Program-made: the position numbers and the translations under genes
The notes under the pieces: generated by a model
Database searches by the model: none
Told to the model about the DNA's origin: nothing
Seen by the model: only the letters and a program-made list of their open reading frames with translations
In this document: piece by piece, positions 11,897-24,800 of the stretch
Numbering within the stretch: the first letter of the stretch is position 1
Layout: each line of letters begins with the position of its first letter
Assembly (NCBI GenBank): GCA_001949185.1
Contig: BDGG01000013.1
Location: 1,318,617-1,382,616, forward strand
Direction: 5' to 3'
DNA from: Ramazzottius varieornatus
Taxonomy: Eukaryota > Animalia > Tardigrada
Length of the DNA: 64,000 bases

Positions 11897-14800
11897 ATGA
11901 ATGTTGGTTTGCTGCTCCATGTCACCATTTTGCATATTTTGTGGATTCGCTTCTGTATCGGTATTGCTGCAGAAACCTTTCCTTCTTCCTCGGTCCAGTC
12001 TGACTTTCCGAAAGACCCAATCAGTGTTGAAATTATTTCTGTGGGAAACATTCACGCTGCTTCTACCCTTGCCAGTCTTCCCTACGTGGCTCCTGGCATG
12101 TCCATTGCCCTTGAGAAAGTCCAGAAGTCTTTCGGCAACTCGGTCTCTTTCAAACACACCCTGCTCTACGACAACCAATACAAAACTTGCGCAGTCTTCA
12201 CGGATAACGTCGATTATTTGGTCTCCAATTACTTCTACAGCAAACGAACAGTACAATACAACATGACAGTGTTCATCGGAGCAGGTAAGATATCAATCCT
12301 CTAGTCACCTGAATGTTTCGCTGAGCCCGCGTTTTATGAATCGTAGCTATTGTAAACACATAAATCTTGCAGGTTGCACAGAGCGACTAAGTATGGGGAA
12401 ACTCATACGCGGATGGAATTCCCTGATGATGATTGGGTATAATTAATTTTCCATGTTTCACTCCCATGTACTGATGTCCGAATCTGAAGTCAGTGAATGA
12501 TTGGCCGAACTTTTTGTTGTTTGCAGAGGAGCGGGCGAAACGGTGTTCAGGAACAAGAAGCTTTACCCAAATGTAGTGCTTGGTGGCAACAACGCCATCA
12601 AGAGCCACATCAGCTCTTTCACAAGGTTCTTCGCGAGATATTCCTGGAGTTCCATTTATGTCCTCCTCGACTCTTCCGCGACGCCTTGGCACTTACTAGT
12701 GGTCGGTAACTTGGTTTCTGGGTTGAACTCAAAGAACATTCAGATGAAGTCTGCTAAGACCGATATCCGGAACCCGAATGCCAGCGGCGACCTGGCTGTC
12801 ACCTTACGAGACATACGGAGTTCTTCTCGAGGTAACCTCAGATTGTAGTCTCCTCCAGCTAATCTGTAAACATCTCGTGATCGGCGGAAGTAACTGATCC
12901 AATTAGATGGTCCAGATCAAATTCCTTACGGGCCACCGGAAGGTAAAAGTATGTGACAAACATCCGCATCCCAGCCAGCTAAAGAACGATGTGCGAGTTG
13001 GTTGGTCGATCGAAACAAACAAAAGATTTGTGTTGGCACTCATCGAGATAAGACGCATTGATCTCACGGACCGCCAGAAAATGAAAGAACCACGGCTTAT
13101 GCCCCATGCTAAGCCTCAGAAAATTTTTGCCATGTGTACGAGGTAGCCGGCATGGAGCTATCTACTGAAAATGTCTGGCATGGAAATATGCACAGAGCAT
13201 TGCTCCCAATGGCTGATTCTTTTATTATAGTACGTCAAATAGGCTCTTTAACATTGTATTCGACCCACCTCCTTTCGAAGGCAAATACCTCAGCAGTTTT
13301 GCTACCTCTGAGCTTCTGATTTGTTTTAGAAGAATAACGACAAGCCTTTGTTAATCGGGGTAGCATCAAACAGAAACCGGAAGTCTCACAGAAATTCCGA
13401 AAACCGTTTCTGTTAGCCTATCTTGTGGAGGAAAAGAAGCTGCATCGAACCTCAAAAGGCCGCACACAAAGAAGCCGGCAAAGGAACTTTGAAATTTTAG
13501 AGCCCCTGGGAAGAGAAAAACGCGCTGGATGATACTGTTTTCCCCCAGAATCATGCAAATGTGCAGAATTTTGATTTTTATGATTAAGAACTGCTGCGGC
13601 CCGAGTATCCATGAAAGTTCACATTCAATTGGGTAAGCAGCATAGCTGATGCACATTCAACCCGTCTGTACTGTGAGTTGGCGAACAAGGAAGTGCACCT
13701 GAGATAAGCCAGGCTGTCAGAGTAAGCAAAGCTGAACAGAGACAGACAGACAGAGTACTCGTACTGTAGAAAACAGTGGTATATCAGTTCTTGAACTATT
13801 TTTCGAGAAACTAAGACTGGAACTTAAAGAACTGGAATAGAAGTACTGGAACAGGAACTGGAACTCGATTTTTGGGAGGTCCAGAATTGAAATTACGGAT
13901 CTGCATTCCAGTTCCTGCCGCATTTTCCGCATTAAATAGAAACGCCACCAATCTGATAAAGCACCTTAAGAACCATCATGACGTATATGCGGACTACTTG
14001 AAAGTGGAGCAACAAGTAAAAAGCAAAAGAAAGCTAACATGTGCGATAAACATATGCGATAAACATGGCGGAACTTTATAGATGCTATTTCAGTTCTTTT
14101 GATTTCAAATCCCGTTCCGGAATTGGAACTGGAACTGATATTTCGCCCAGAGCGAGAACTGATATCAAAAGAACTGGAATGGGAATTCCGGAACTGGAAT
14201 AGGAACCGAAATCTCTACGATCGAGGAACTGGAATAGGAACTGAAACCCTAAAACAGGAACTGATACAACACTAGTAGAAAATACGGCCTGGACGCGTAT
14301 GCACATTTTCAAACGTTATTGCGGCTTTGATGTTCAGTTTGAAAGCACACTTTAGTTATATTTCGGAATATTGCGTTTTCGGAATTCTTCCTCCGACCCT
14401 TGGTTCCCCCGTTAATATCTTCTGTATCGTAAGTCTGAGGGTACTTCTGTCACGCGCGATAGAAAGCTCTTGACTTGCTCTATCGCATCGTACAAAAACC
14501 CTCGGATCGCCCTCAGGTGACAGAACACAAAAAGTCCATTCCTGAATTGTTGGAGAAAATTCGAGATTTCCGGTTTCTGTTTGACGGTACTCATCTAGAA
14601 CCGAGAAAAGGTGTCTGAGGCAGTGGTTATTGAGATGAGGCCTGGATATCTCCAATGCCGGCTACCTCGTAGGCTGTTCAAGCTGATCGATGAGCAATAC
14701 ACTTACGGCAAGACAAAAGATTCCTTTCTTCTTGCGCGTGCGTCAGTGCCTGTCTCGCTTACCTGCATAATATACAGCCATTGTGTCGACACCACGCAGG

Positions 14801-16459
14801 ATATCAAAAGTTGTGAAAGGTATCTGCGAAAACCAAGCGAACGGAAATATGATTTTGCGTAATAGGTCAGCTGCTTCTGAAGTATCGTGGGCCGAACCCA
14901 GCAGCTGAAAATTGTTCTCTGAGAATGCACAAATCTAATTATGTGGCTTTTCTTCTTCTTTGCAGTGATCGTTTTCCTGGGCTTCCCTACGGAGTTCCGC
15001 GCTTTCATGGTAGGTGAAGATTCCCAAAGGCCTAAAGCCTGCCCGTATTTATATCTGTCCTTTCCTGATGCTGCAGCTGCAAGTAAGGACAGAGAATATG
15101 ACCAACGGCGACTACGTGAGTTAAAACTATTCCTTTCTCTCCGGAATTTACACCGAAGACTCATTGATTGTCTTTCGCTTTTATCCTTACAGGTTTACGT
15201 CGTGAACGAGCCCTTCCATCATCGGACCTATTACGGGAACCTGACGTGGATGTACGGCACCCAGCGTGACCAGGTATAACGACCGGAAGACAATTATATT
15301 GGCTTTTGTATTCGTGAAAAATCCCTGTGCACCATGTGCTGTAACGTTCCAAAATAGCTCCTCGTTTTCGCTGCAGGCGCCAATCATTTTTTTTCAAACT
15401 TCAATTATAGTTGCATACTCGTGGCTCTGTAAAAAGATCCGATGACAGACTTGAGCTACCCGATTTCGCACTTCACTTGAGACCAACGCCTGTTTACAGG
15501 AAGCCGAACAAGCATTCAAGTCGGTCTTCCTCATTACATCGGCACCGGAAACTAACACACATCTTCAGACGCTGGAGAACGAGCTCAAAATGCGCTCACT
15601 ACGGGACTTTAACTTCACATATGCTCCTGATGAAAAAGTAGCCAACAATACAAGGATCACAACACCCCAGTTTGAATAAACATTTTCTTCCTACAGCCCA
15701 ACTTGTTCGCGATAGCAAGTTACGAATGTGTCATCATGTTCGGCATCATGCTGCAACACATTCTGCACGCTTCCGTCGACCTGAGTGACGGCAGCGCCAT
15801 CGGCAGGTTGTTCTGGAACAAAACATTCAACCTTGACACCGGCATCATCCAGTTCGACGAGGTGGGCGAGCGTAAGCAAGACATGATCGTACAGCAATTC
15901 CAGAAGGGCGACGTGTGGCCCACAACTATACTGGAACTGTCCGGCTCGGCTGAACTTCACGAAAATGTGACAGCTATAGAATGGCCCGTGCCTTTCCCGC
16001 CACCTAACGAACCGTTTTGTGGATACAGCGGGCTGAGTAGTGCCTGTCTACCGTCGGGTAAGTATATCGGCGGTGGCGTTACAGCTGGTACAATGGTGAG
16101 TGAAACGATAATTTGTTTTTTAGATGGAAACTACTCCCTGACGACGATTATCTCCTGCTCGGTATTTGCCTTGGCAATAATAGCAACTTGTGCAGCTGCA
16201 ATTAAAATATGGTAAGAGTGAGCCCCGAGATGGATAAGCTTGGAGTGACTTTCAGCAAATCTGACCAAGCGGTATGAGCGTACGTGGAGGCTCCTGTTGT
16301 TTCAGGTTTGGAGTTCTTTCGCATCACGAGGACTGGCAAACGTTTGTGATAGATCGAAAAGGATTGCATCCCTTCACTGATTCCGCGCGGGCGTCTCTGA
16401 TTCGCACACAGATATCTTCCATTGTTTACTCCTTCAGACGTAGCCGGAATGACCTTTGA
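11897..16459 (+). CDS. Type I membrane protein: signal peptide + ANF-receptor (periplasmic-binding-fold) ectodomain + TM + short tail, no kinase-like/cyclase domain; ~10 exons
   Basis: Signal MNVGLLLHVTILHILW, then FIGAGC, RFFARYSWSSI, FWNKTF..IQFDEVGER, PPPNEPFCGYSG and TM IISCSVFALAIIATCAAAI. The last exon FGVLSHHEDW...RNDL* stops at 16459, with AATAAA at ~16591. Junctions are in phase. Confidence 0.8.
13357..14592. mobile_element. Non-autonomous TIR element with apparent 3-bp TSD (ATC), middle layer of nest
   Basis: TIR core TCAAACAGAAACCGGAA at both ends. ATC at 13354-13356 and 14593-14595. The empty site is visible in the 9855 copy. Confidence 0.75.
13774..14274 (+). mobile_element. hAT deletion derivative (inner layer of nest) with BED-finger remnant
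   Basis: Perfect 8-bp TSD GTAGAAAA (13766-13773 / 14275-14282). Imperfect TIR CAGTGGTATATCAGTTC / TAGTGTTGTATCAGTTC. GGAACT subterminal repeats and the peptide ATNLIKHLKNHH. Confidence 0.85.
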
Positions 16460-17406
16460 GAGTGCGAACGGAAAGCCTTCGTATATATTCAACAACTTTA
16501 CGTACGTGTACGTGTTCGCGCTACGAACGAGAACTATAAGCATATCCGAAAGCATAATGTCGCACAAAGAAGATTCAATCTTACTGTGACAATAAACTAT
16601 CAATAGCTAGTGGCTGTGACCACTGAGAAGGCCGGGCAAAGGAGACTAACCATCGTAGAAAAAGCCTGTTTACTGCGTTGCATTGTGTAATGCAAGTAAT
16701 CGTCAAGCATAAGGTAACTCTGAAAGCTGCCATCTTCGACTTTCCCTGATGTTTCAAATAGTCTAGGTGTCTTCCCATCTGCAGGTTTGTGGCGCCTCAT
16801 ACTGGCATCCCACCAGCGCTATCATGCCTATCCCACAATGCCATACACCACACTGTACAGATTCAGAACAGTACGCCCATCTGTACATACCAGAACAGAG
16901 GGAACACGTCCCCTGTAACCCCTGCCGCATCGCAACACGGCGGCTTCGCCCCCTCCGTGCTCTGGAAGTTGCAGTGGTCTTGCGTAAAGACGTTGGCTGA
17001 GGAAAACGTGGTGGTTTCGATGTGGCCTGATGGTTTGGTCGTTGCTGGCTTTCCGACTTCGGTACGCTTCTGGTAAAGCGGCAAAGGGTTGGAGAATAAC
17101 ACTGCAATATGTCGGTCGACGCTTCGCCATGCCAGGTCCGGCGTGGTGTTAGGCGGACTCCTGTTACATGTTTCTTAATGGACTGGTGTTGGTCCCCATA
17201 TTAGGATCGTGACTGCCGCACCCAGCTGGGTAGGGTGTTACAGTGCCATATTTGGGTTTGCCATTAGCGTTCCTAGTGCATCAGCTCGTTCATTTGGAAC
17301 ATTTCGAAACATAGTTTGAAGCCCGGCTGAACATTCTGACAAGAATTGAATCCGTGACAGGCCTAAAAGGGCCTCGCTTCTTCGGCGTAAAAATGCGTGG
17401 GGAGAA

Positions 17407-17810
17407 CTATTCGTAATTACTGTAGTAGATATCGCAGACGAAGTTGCGAAAGCAGGAGTCGCATAACTTCTTCCACCAGCCCCGCACTAGCTTGCTCGAG
17501 CAGGCTTCTGATAATTTGGCAATGATAAGGCCACGATCTTTCAGCTTTGTCGAGTTTTTCCGCAGATATTGCCACCGTAAGGCTCCTTCCTTTAGCAAAG
17601 GCAGTGCATTAGGTGTCTCACCGGCGTAAACCATTAAATCCACTAAACCCTTTACCGTTGTAGCTCGAGCTACAGAACTCGCACTGCTTGACCAGTACCG
17701 ACGGTTGGTACTTGCCAGCGGCCATTAGCATTTTCTTCGTGCTGAGCTTGATATCTTCCTCCGAACAGCAGCCGTGCATATCTGTACTTGGTCAGTTGCT
17801 CCTACCGGTA
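17407..17810 (-). pseudogene. BTB/BACK (SPOP-like) gene relic
   Basis: Frameshifted pieces MLMAAGKYQPSVLVKQCE and LPLLKEGALR..KNSTKLK. Homologous to 31490..31590. Confidence 0.6.
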
Positions 17811-17929
17811 CAACAGATGACTCACAAAGTAACTGACTGGTCGCCAGTTTAAGAGCATCTTTAAAAAAACCAGTCAGGGCCAATCGACTAACAATACAGA
17901 AATACTTAAGCGGATAAGTTATTTTACAC

Positions 17930-18040
17930 TACTTAAAATTGTTAGCGCTTAAGATTGTCGCTGAAAATTGTCGTCTTAAAATTGTCGTACTTAAAATATG
18001 TACTTGAAATTGTTTTAAAATTGTACTTTAGTACTTAGAA
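17930..18040. repeat. Degenerate AT-rich minisatellite (unit ~CTTAAAATTGTCG)
   Basis: About 7 imperfect consecutive copies. Confidence 0.7.
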
Positions 18041-18089
18041 TTTTCGCTTCTGTATATGGTGGCCGAGGTATATAAGGCAGTCAGAAAAA

Positions 18090-19610
18090 CTAGGGCGCAA
18101 CGTCCCAGCTGATCAAGTCTATGTTGTCACTGGCAATGCGTTTTTGTGGCGCGAAATGTCGTTCCAATATTAATGTCTCCGACGGTGTTAGTAACCGCGA
18201 AATCATGCTTTTCGCAATTTCCAGTACAGTCAGAGTCATGTAAGCCACCTGTGTCTTGCTCATGTTCAAAACGACTTCCGGGTCCACCCAAGTTACAAGC
18301 GCATCAGTCGAAGTTGGTCCTCTTCTGAAGCGATGCAGACAGCCTTGCACCGGGTCACCAGTTAGAGGTACAGTTTGGCGGGGACCAGCACTCGTTTACG
18401 AAATAAGGAGGAGCAAACGTCTCTCCTCTGAGAATGATACCATCCTCACAGGTTGACTGGCGAAATTTTAAGCGGTCTTTTGCTCATGAGGACACTCCAG
18501 CAGACATTGTTCCATTTGTTTGCCAGTTATGCGACGAGTGTCAACTCCAAATCTTGTCCTGCATCGGCAGGCGCGTTGCAGTTCTCTCGGATAAAACTGT
18601 ACACATGCTCGCCTAGCGGGCAGCAATTTTCGTCGCTTGACGCTCCGCATTTGGCGTACCACCTACGATCGGCACAGGGTTCGAACAGGAACCAGTACTC
18701 GAATCGACAATGTGCCTACGTTGCAAACCCTCGCGATACCATCGGCCGGGTCGTCCGCAAAAGGAAAAGGGGTTGTGGAGTGAGGAAATGGGGAAGTGGA
18801 GTTGAAATGGGGAAATGGGGTTGTAGAGACAACTGCAGACGCTGTACGAACATATAAAAGAAATCACAGAACAGCTATCCCAGGCTTCTAACCGCTTCAA
18901 GTACTGGCTCTGTGCGGCAACTGCGTCTCGGACACCGTCTCGCTTTGGCTGTTACATACGCTTGGGACCGAGCGCAAGCTAGATTGTGACGCCAGCACAG
19001 CAGCCTGTTCCCCTTTCTTTTTCAGATCGTCGTTAAGCTGCATTCTTCCGTAAAACAGGTAAAGAAAAAAGCCAGCTGTACCGCCATTTCGATACGTTCG
19101 CGCCACAAAACGAACCTTTCCGCATTCCGCGGCGACTCGCATACTATGATCGTCCTATCCAACAGAGTCTTCTCAGCGCGCCCACGCCTGATTTCTGAAT
19201 GTAGGGACAAAATTAGGCTTTTAGGCTCGTGCTTTTCGCAGGCATCCAGGAACTTTTCTTTGAGAAAACCAGTGCGCGGAGAAGCGATATGGAGTTGAAA
19301 AGCGTCGTAAACCGTGCGTACTCTGTTCATGATGTCCTTCAGCTCCTTATACGGTGTTTCTTCGTGTCCGGCTGCAACAACGGTGGCGGTGACGTCAGCA
19401 AGAGAAATTTCAATGTACCGCTTCAAATCGAACGTCTCCTTCCCGAGGGTGTCTCCAAATATCGCCTTAATCTCCGCTTCCAGTTTCTCGTCGTCATTGC
19501 TGTCGCAACACCGCGAAGCCCAAATGGTGCCCCTCACTATGGTGTGCTTCATAACACACTCCGCTAGCGTTTTGATCCCCTTCAACATCCCATCGTATAT
19601 CCCATCTGAA
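18090..19610 (-). pseudogene. Degenerate intronless gene of uncertain family (helical protein, weak rapunzel-like resemblance)
   Basis: 188-aa ORF 19022..19588 reads as real protein (FLKEKFLDACEKHEPKSLILSLHSEI). It continues in shifted frames downstream. Confidence 0.35.
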
Positions 19611-19965
19611 GAGCCATGCTGTTTGGGGCGGATACAAGCTTAAAAGTATGTATGGTCGGTTAACGGAGTACACGCGATGAAATGAGAGACCTTGACAGCT
19701 GACTTTGCGCTCAAAACGGATGCACAACCTCGGTCGTGTACAGTGTACGACAAAATTAACCGTTAAAAATGGGCGTAACACTACAGCTAGACCCTATTTA
19801 CGACTCAGCCAATGAGAATTAGGTTTTGCTGCATGCACAAATTCCATTGGCTTTCATTGGCTACTAGAACGGCACTTAAGATTCACAGTTCCTCAAAATG
19901 ACATGCGCGTGAAGTTTGACAGAAGCGGAAGTATCATATTTTTCCGAGCCCCGCTACCAGACACT

Positions 19966-21365
19966 TATCAGGTGCGGAAGTATGACTTGTCCCCCTTGAC
20001 ACCCTGATTACCACCTCATTGTGAGTACAATACGGCACTTTTTCGCTCCCCATAATTTCCAATTTTCCCGGTTTGAATCAAACTTTTTTTCTTTGCCTGG
20101 TCTGCGGTCTTATCACCGAAACGCAGCCGATGACCACTGGTCAGTACAACTTCCGCAGACTGGAAAAAATCCTTACGATTTCGGGCAGTTTCGGGGGTAT
20201 TTTAGGTTCCATGTCTTTGCTCGAGATACATACCATCTGTTTAGAAAAAAACTGAAACACTGAGGAGAGCTTCCTCTGCCGATACTAGGCCTGGGACAAA
20301 CTTGGTGTCATCGGTGCGTCCAGAAAAAAATCAAAACGGCCAGGGCTACTTTTCCCAAGTTGGCCTTTACGGCCTGCCAATCTCCACAATCTCGAAATTC
20401 TGAAAGTTGTCTGTTGGTTAATTTAGGTTACGCCTTCTCTTATCCTCCAGTTAAAGTTCTGTTCTCACAGTGAGTACGCCGGTAGTCTGCCGACACAAAA
20501 AGCTTGGTATTCAGGGTGTTAAAACATCTCGATTTCGAAAATTCATAGTTCTGCTCCCCCTCGTCCTTTTGTTCTAGTCATTTTCTGCTGTCAGTCTACC
20601 AACTCCCGTTCCTTGTTTGACACTCCGACGATTCAGGTTTCTGAGCTCTGGAGTACGCCAGGAATCCTTTCGACGGAGTCATGCATAAGTGAAATTTCGG
20701 GGATTTTGGTGTTTGAATTTTATCTAGGCACGAACGCATCTCGCACCGCTGACAAAATCAGATCCATGTTTGATGATAAAACACCTAACAGTTTTACCGT
20801 GGGGGATCGGGTTGATCGGTTTCGTTCTGGAGCTTTTTCATTCGAAAGTTACCTTTACGGAAGACTGAAATCGAAAGTTGACGACAATGTGTTGACCGAT
20901 CATGTCACATCCGATCCTTCCCAAACTATTTCCCTTTGAACAAACGGAATTAATTCACGGACTAGACTCACTACTGTTACATGGCTGCTCCAGAACGCAC
21001 TCTGAACAAAACACTTCCGCAAAACTGGAGGAACAGGAACTGGAATTTCCCATTCAGGCTTCTTATAGTAGGATCCTCTCGGCTAGCAGACTGCTAACAG
21101 ACTATCACCTGCTCAAGACATTGGACCTTCTCCAGCGAGACAGAAACCTTTCTCGCAAGTGGGTTTGAAAAGTGGCGTTACGGAGATTACTGTCTCTCTC
21201 CTCCCAGGCTCTTGCAGTAATGGAACGAAATGTCTCGTAAAAAATCCCGGGAGCTCCGTGCTAGTATGAGTGTATAAGTTGATCAAAAAGATTGTGGTTT
21301 GGCGTCGGGAAAAATTTTGACTTCGGCAGAGGCCAAGGCGACAAGTCATACTTCCACACCTGATA
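19966..21365 (+). mobile_element. Mariner (Mos1-like TIR) deletion derivative
   Basis: TIR TATCAGGTG(C/T)GGAAGTATGACTTGTC at both ends with TA. HTH remnant at 20690-20939: ILVFEFYLGTNASRTADKI..TV..RFRSGAFSF..GR..VDDNVL..DPSQT. Confidence 0.9.
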
Positions 21366-21817
21366 TCTAGTCCATCGCGCATTGTTGTGTGACGAGTCAT
21401 ACTTCAAGGATCCATCTGGGCACTGAGCCCGACTCGGTCCTTACTTCCTTCTCAGCAAATCCGCTCTGACCAGCAGGCTCGAAACCAGTCTCGATTCTCT
21501 TCGCCCAGTTGTCTCTGCCCCTTCAGGGGTGAAAACAGGTCGCCAGCTGCGTATTTCAGTACAAGTAACGTCTTCAGTGGCGAACAGTATTTAACAAGGC
21601 CCACTCTCGCCAATAGCGAGGAACCCATCCGAGGTCCTGACCAGTCTCGCGCTGGAGACACGCTGGTGGAAATCTCGATCAAAGAAATCTCGGCTAGGAA
21701 CAAGTCAACGTTTCTCAAAATCACAGTCACGAGGAAAGAGCTATCAAGTCGAAAAGGAAAATGCAAGGAGAATGTTTAAAAAGATCAAATTATAACAGCT
21801 CTAACAGATCACAGGTC

Positions 21818-24800
21818 TTAAACGACAGCTATGAAAACTACCATCAGGATGGACAGTATGGATATCTGTAACCAGTTCACGGTGAGTATCCCATACCGCA
21901 CCGGATCATTCTGCAACACAAAAACTTACATTCAACTAAGGTCCTTATCCAGGCTACCTCTTTCGTTCGAACCAACCGACAAGGCAAATTTGCTTACCGG
22001 ATCAAGAGGGTTCGCTGCAACAGCAGGAGTTCTTGGTCCCGCGATCACGTCTTCTCTGCATAACGCTTCGAAAGAATTCGCACGCACAGCTGTGGTAACA
22101 ACAGGAGAAGCAAAAAGTATTGGTCAAATTAAGATAGAAGACATTTGGGACGACGGTGATAAATTTGACCCATATATCTCAAGTGACGCACGTCCGCATT
22201 GCTGTTAATCGTTAAGGTGCGCCACTTGGGAAAACGATTTTCGTGATTTGATTTGCCGATGTCTCACTCAAAGAGGGAAAAGGACGGCTTACCTTTCGTA
22301 CATCTGGCTCTGTATCTCTTATACACTTTCAGCGCCACTTGTAAAGCAAAGTTAACCAGGAAAGAACCCAGAATGAGGAAGCCGACGCCCTGTAAGCCTT
22401 CTAGTCGATCAGTCAGCTGTGTTCCCAATGTCATTGTCACAACTGAAAATACAAAACTGCGACACTGAAGAGCAAACCGGAAGTGACAAAACGCTCATTT
22501 CATCTTGTGCGTACTGGACAGGACGTGGGTGCTGTATCCGAGTGTCCAGTGGAAATAGTTAAAGTAAGGTCGGTTGGGTGTGCCAGGGTGTGGTCGGAAG
22601 AGGGCGACAAAGGGCTGGATCATGGCCAGACTGAAGGTGATGCAACCGAGAACGGCGTGCGACTGGACAAGTGGGTGCTCGTTGGTCCCAACCCATCCAC
22701 CAGCTTGGACAAAGATGACGATGAAAGCCGAGATGGTCAGAACTGTCACGAGCACCATCGAGGTTCGATGAGCCTACCGGCGACCGAAACCCATCGACTA
22801 ACACACTTCGAGAAGACGTGGAAAAAAAGATTATTGGAAGACTCACGTGGAACCACATCTTTAACCCGAAAGGCTGGGTCAGCGGCCACATGTCCCTGGT
22901 CTGACGAGCCATGAGGATGCCGAAGGAGGCGAATAACATCCAAGCAAACACCATCAGGATGGCTAAAAAGAGACGTGATTACACAGATATCGTAGGAAAG
23001 AATACAGAGTAGTAGTGCTATCCAATTAGCTGATACAACCTTCGATCCAACTAACTTTACACAGCTTTCATTCGAAACAGTGACCTACCGTGGGCTTTCT
23101 TCATGTTTTTCTGGTAATCGGAGGCTGCTGCGCGTCCGCCAGCACTGATGTCCACTGGGCTATCCGAAACAACCTTGTTCGTTTGGTGGTAAACTTTTTG
23201 ACTTCCTACAAACATCGAAAGATTGTTAGACGCCCTATCGACGGCTTTGAACAGGTTTGACGTACCGTCCCTGACTGCGGAAAGAGCAAGGAGGATATAC
23301 ATGGGCTGTTTCAGATCGAAGGTCAAGTTCTGTCCAGCGGTGTCCGCAGCCGGCAGTCCTTGGATCGTCCGCACAAATTCCATCTCGAACTGACACGTCA
23401 GACTGTCATCCTCGTAGGAAGTAGACTGAAGATAAATCCCATTCTTATCCTACAAAAAAACAATTCCTTTCCCCTCGTTCTGGACAGAAAAAGAATTTTC
23501 CGCATTTCGGCGACGTACAGTGCGAACATTGGCCGTGCCTGCCTTGTTGTACGACCCGAACACTTCTTGCACATCACTGCCGTTATTTTGCCACCGTACA
23601 CAATCGACAACCGAGGCAAATTCCTGGAACGATAAAGTGGTGGTAGGAGATGGACGAGCGTGGTCGCTGAAGACAATTTTCTACGGTATGTTCATACCAT
23701 GCCTTGGGTACGAGTGAAGCCAACAGCCACGTAGAACCTTCCATTCCACCCAGACACTTGTTGTTTACCTGTCAGCTTCATGTGAACTCGGCTACTATTT
23801 TTCTCGCTAGTCCTATAGTCTACGCGGGCTTTGGAACAGTCAGCTGGCAGACAGAAGAACCCACCCTTCGAGGGAGCAGCAGTCGGCACAGCCGCCGTTG
23901 TTCTTGCTGTTGGCTCTCCGGTACAGTCCATTCTGCTACAAGCTAGCACGACGGGCGGGAAGACTTTCGGGTGCTTCTTATGGGTACCCGGTATGACTAA
24001 AAAACTCAAAGTTACACGTTGGACATGTGGGGAAGGAACTAGACCAGATCACTCTCCTGGTGGGGCACGCCTCCAGTCAATAACGCTGGAAGGGTGCGCC
24101 ACTTGGGAAACTCGACAATCATGACAGGCTGGTTCTTCCAAGTAGCGCATGCCTTTAGCCAATAACACACTAAGAAGGTGCGCCGCGTGGGTAACAATCA
24201 TACTCGATGAGAGCCGTTTATCTAAAGTGGCGCAGCCAGCAATAATGTAAACGTGCGCAACTTGAGACAGCAATCTGGTCACATTTGCTTGCCGAGCCCC
24301 ATGTCACTTTGTAAGGCTCTTGATGATGCTCGTTACCTCCACTTGCCACCTCGGCGAGGACGCCACTGCCCAGTTGCAGGTAGTATGGCCTCGTCAGGTC
24401 GACATGGACGTCCATAACTTCGTAGCTCTGGGTCACGGTAAGGTTGCGAACCACGTCCAGGGTGAAAGAACACTCGAGCATACCATCCTGGTACGAACCC
24501 CCAATCTTCTCCACCCCCAACCTTTTCTGCAACAGAGACATACCTTTGTCAGCTGAAAAAATCGCACAATCACTCCAAAAGACTTTCACGCAGCAGACCA
24601 ACTCGACTCACGTTCATCAGGAGCTCGTAACCATGTTGCCCAAGTGAAGTATTGGGACTGTTATAACCTGCCAGGACGTCAATTCTTCCATCCGGATACC
24701 GTACGCACTGAACCACCGCAGTATCTTTCTACAAGAAACCATACAGTATTGTATAGAAACCAGTTCGAGTCTAACTAGAAGGCCGGCAGACGTATCGTAC

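Larger units (their letters stand above)
13137..14671. mobile_element. Mariner-like MITE, family B, full copy (outer layer of nest)
   Basis: TIR TACGAGGTAGCCGGCAT(T)GG at both ends with TA target duplication. Lies in the large intron of the receptor gene. Confidence 0.85.

Noticed and set aside
16760-17340. Cluster of overlapping Cys-rich ORFs
   Set aside because: No recognisable motif or consistent splice structure. It may be a decayed gene, but I cannot support a call.
24058-24267. Three tandem palindromes as a CRISPR-like array
   Set aside because: Eukaryotic intron, divergent units, no cas genes, and the copies are dispersed across the window.
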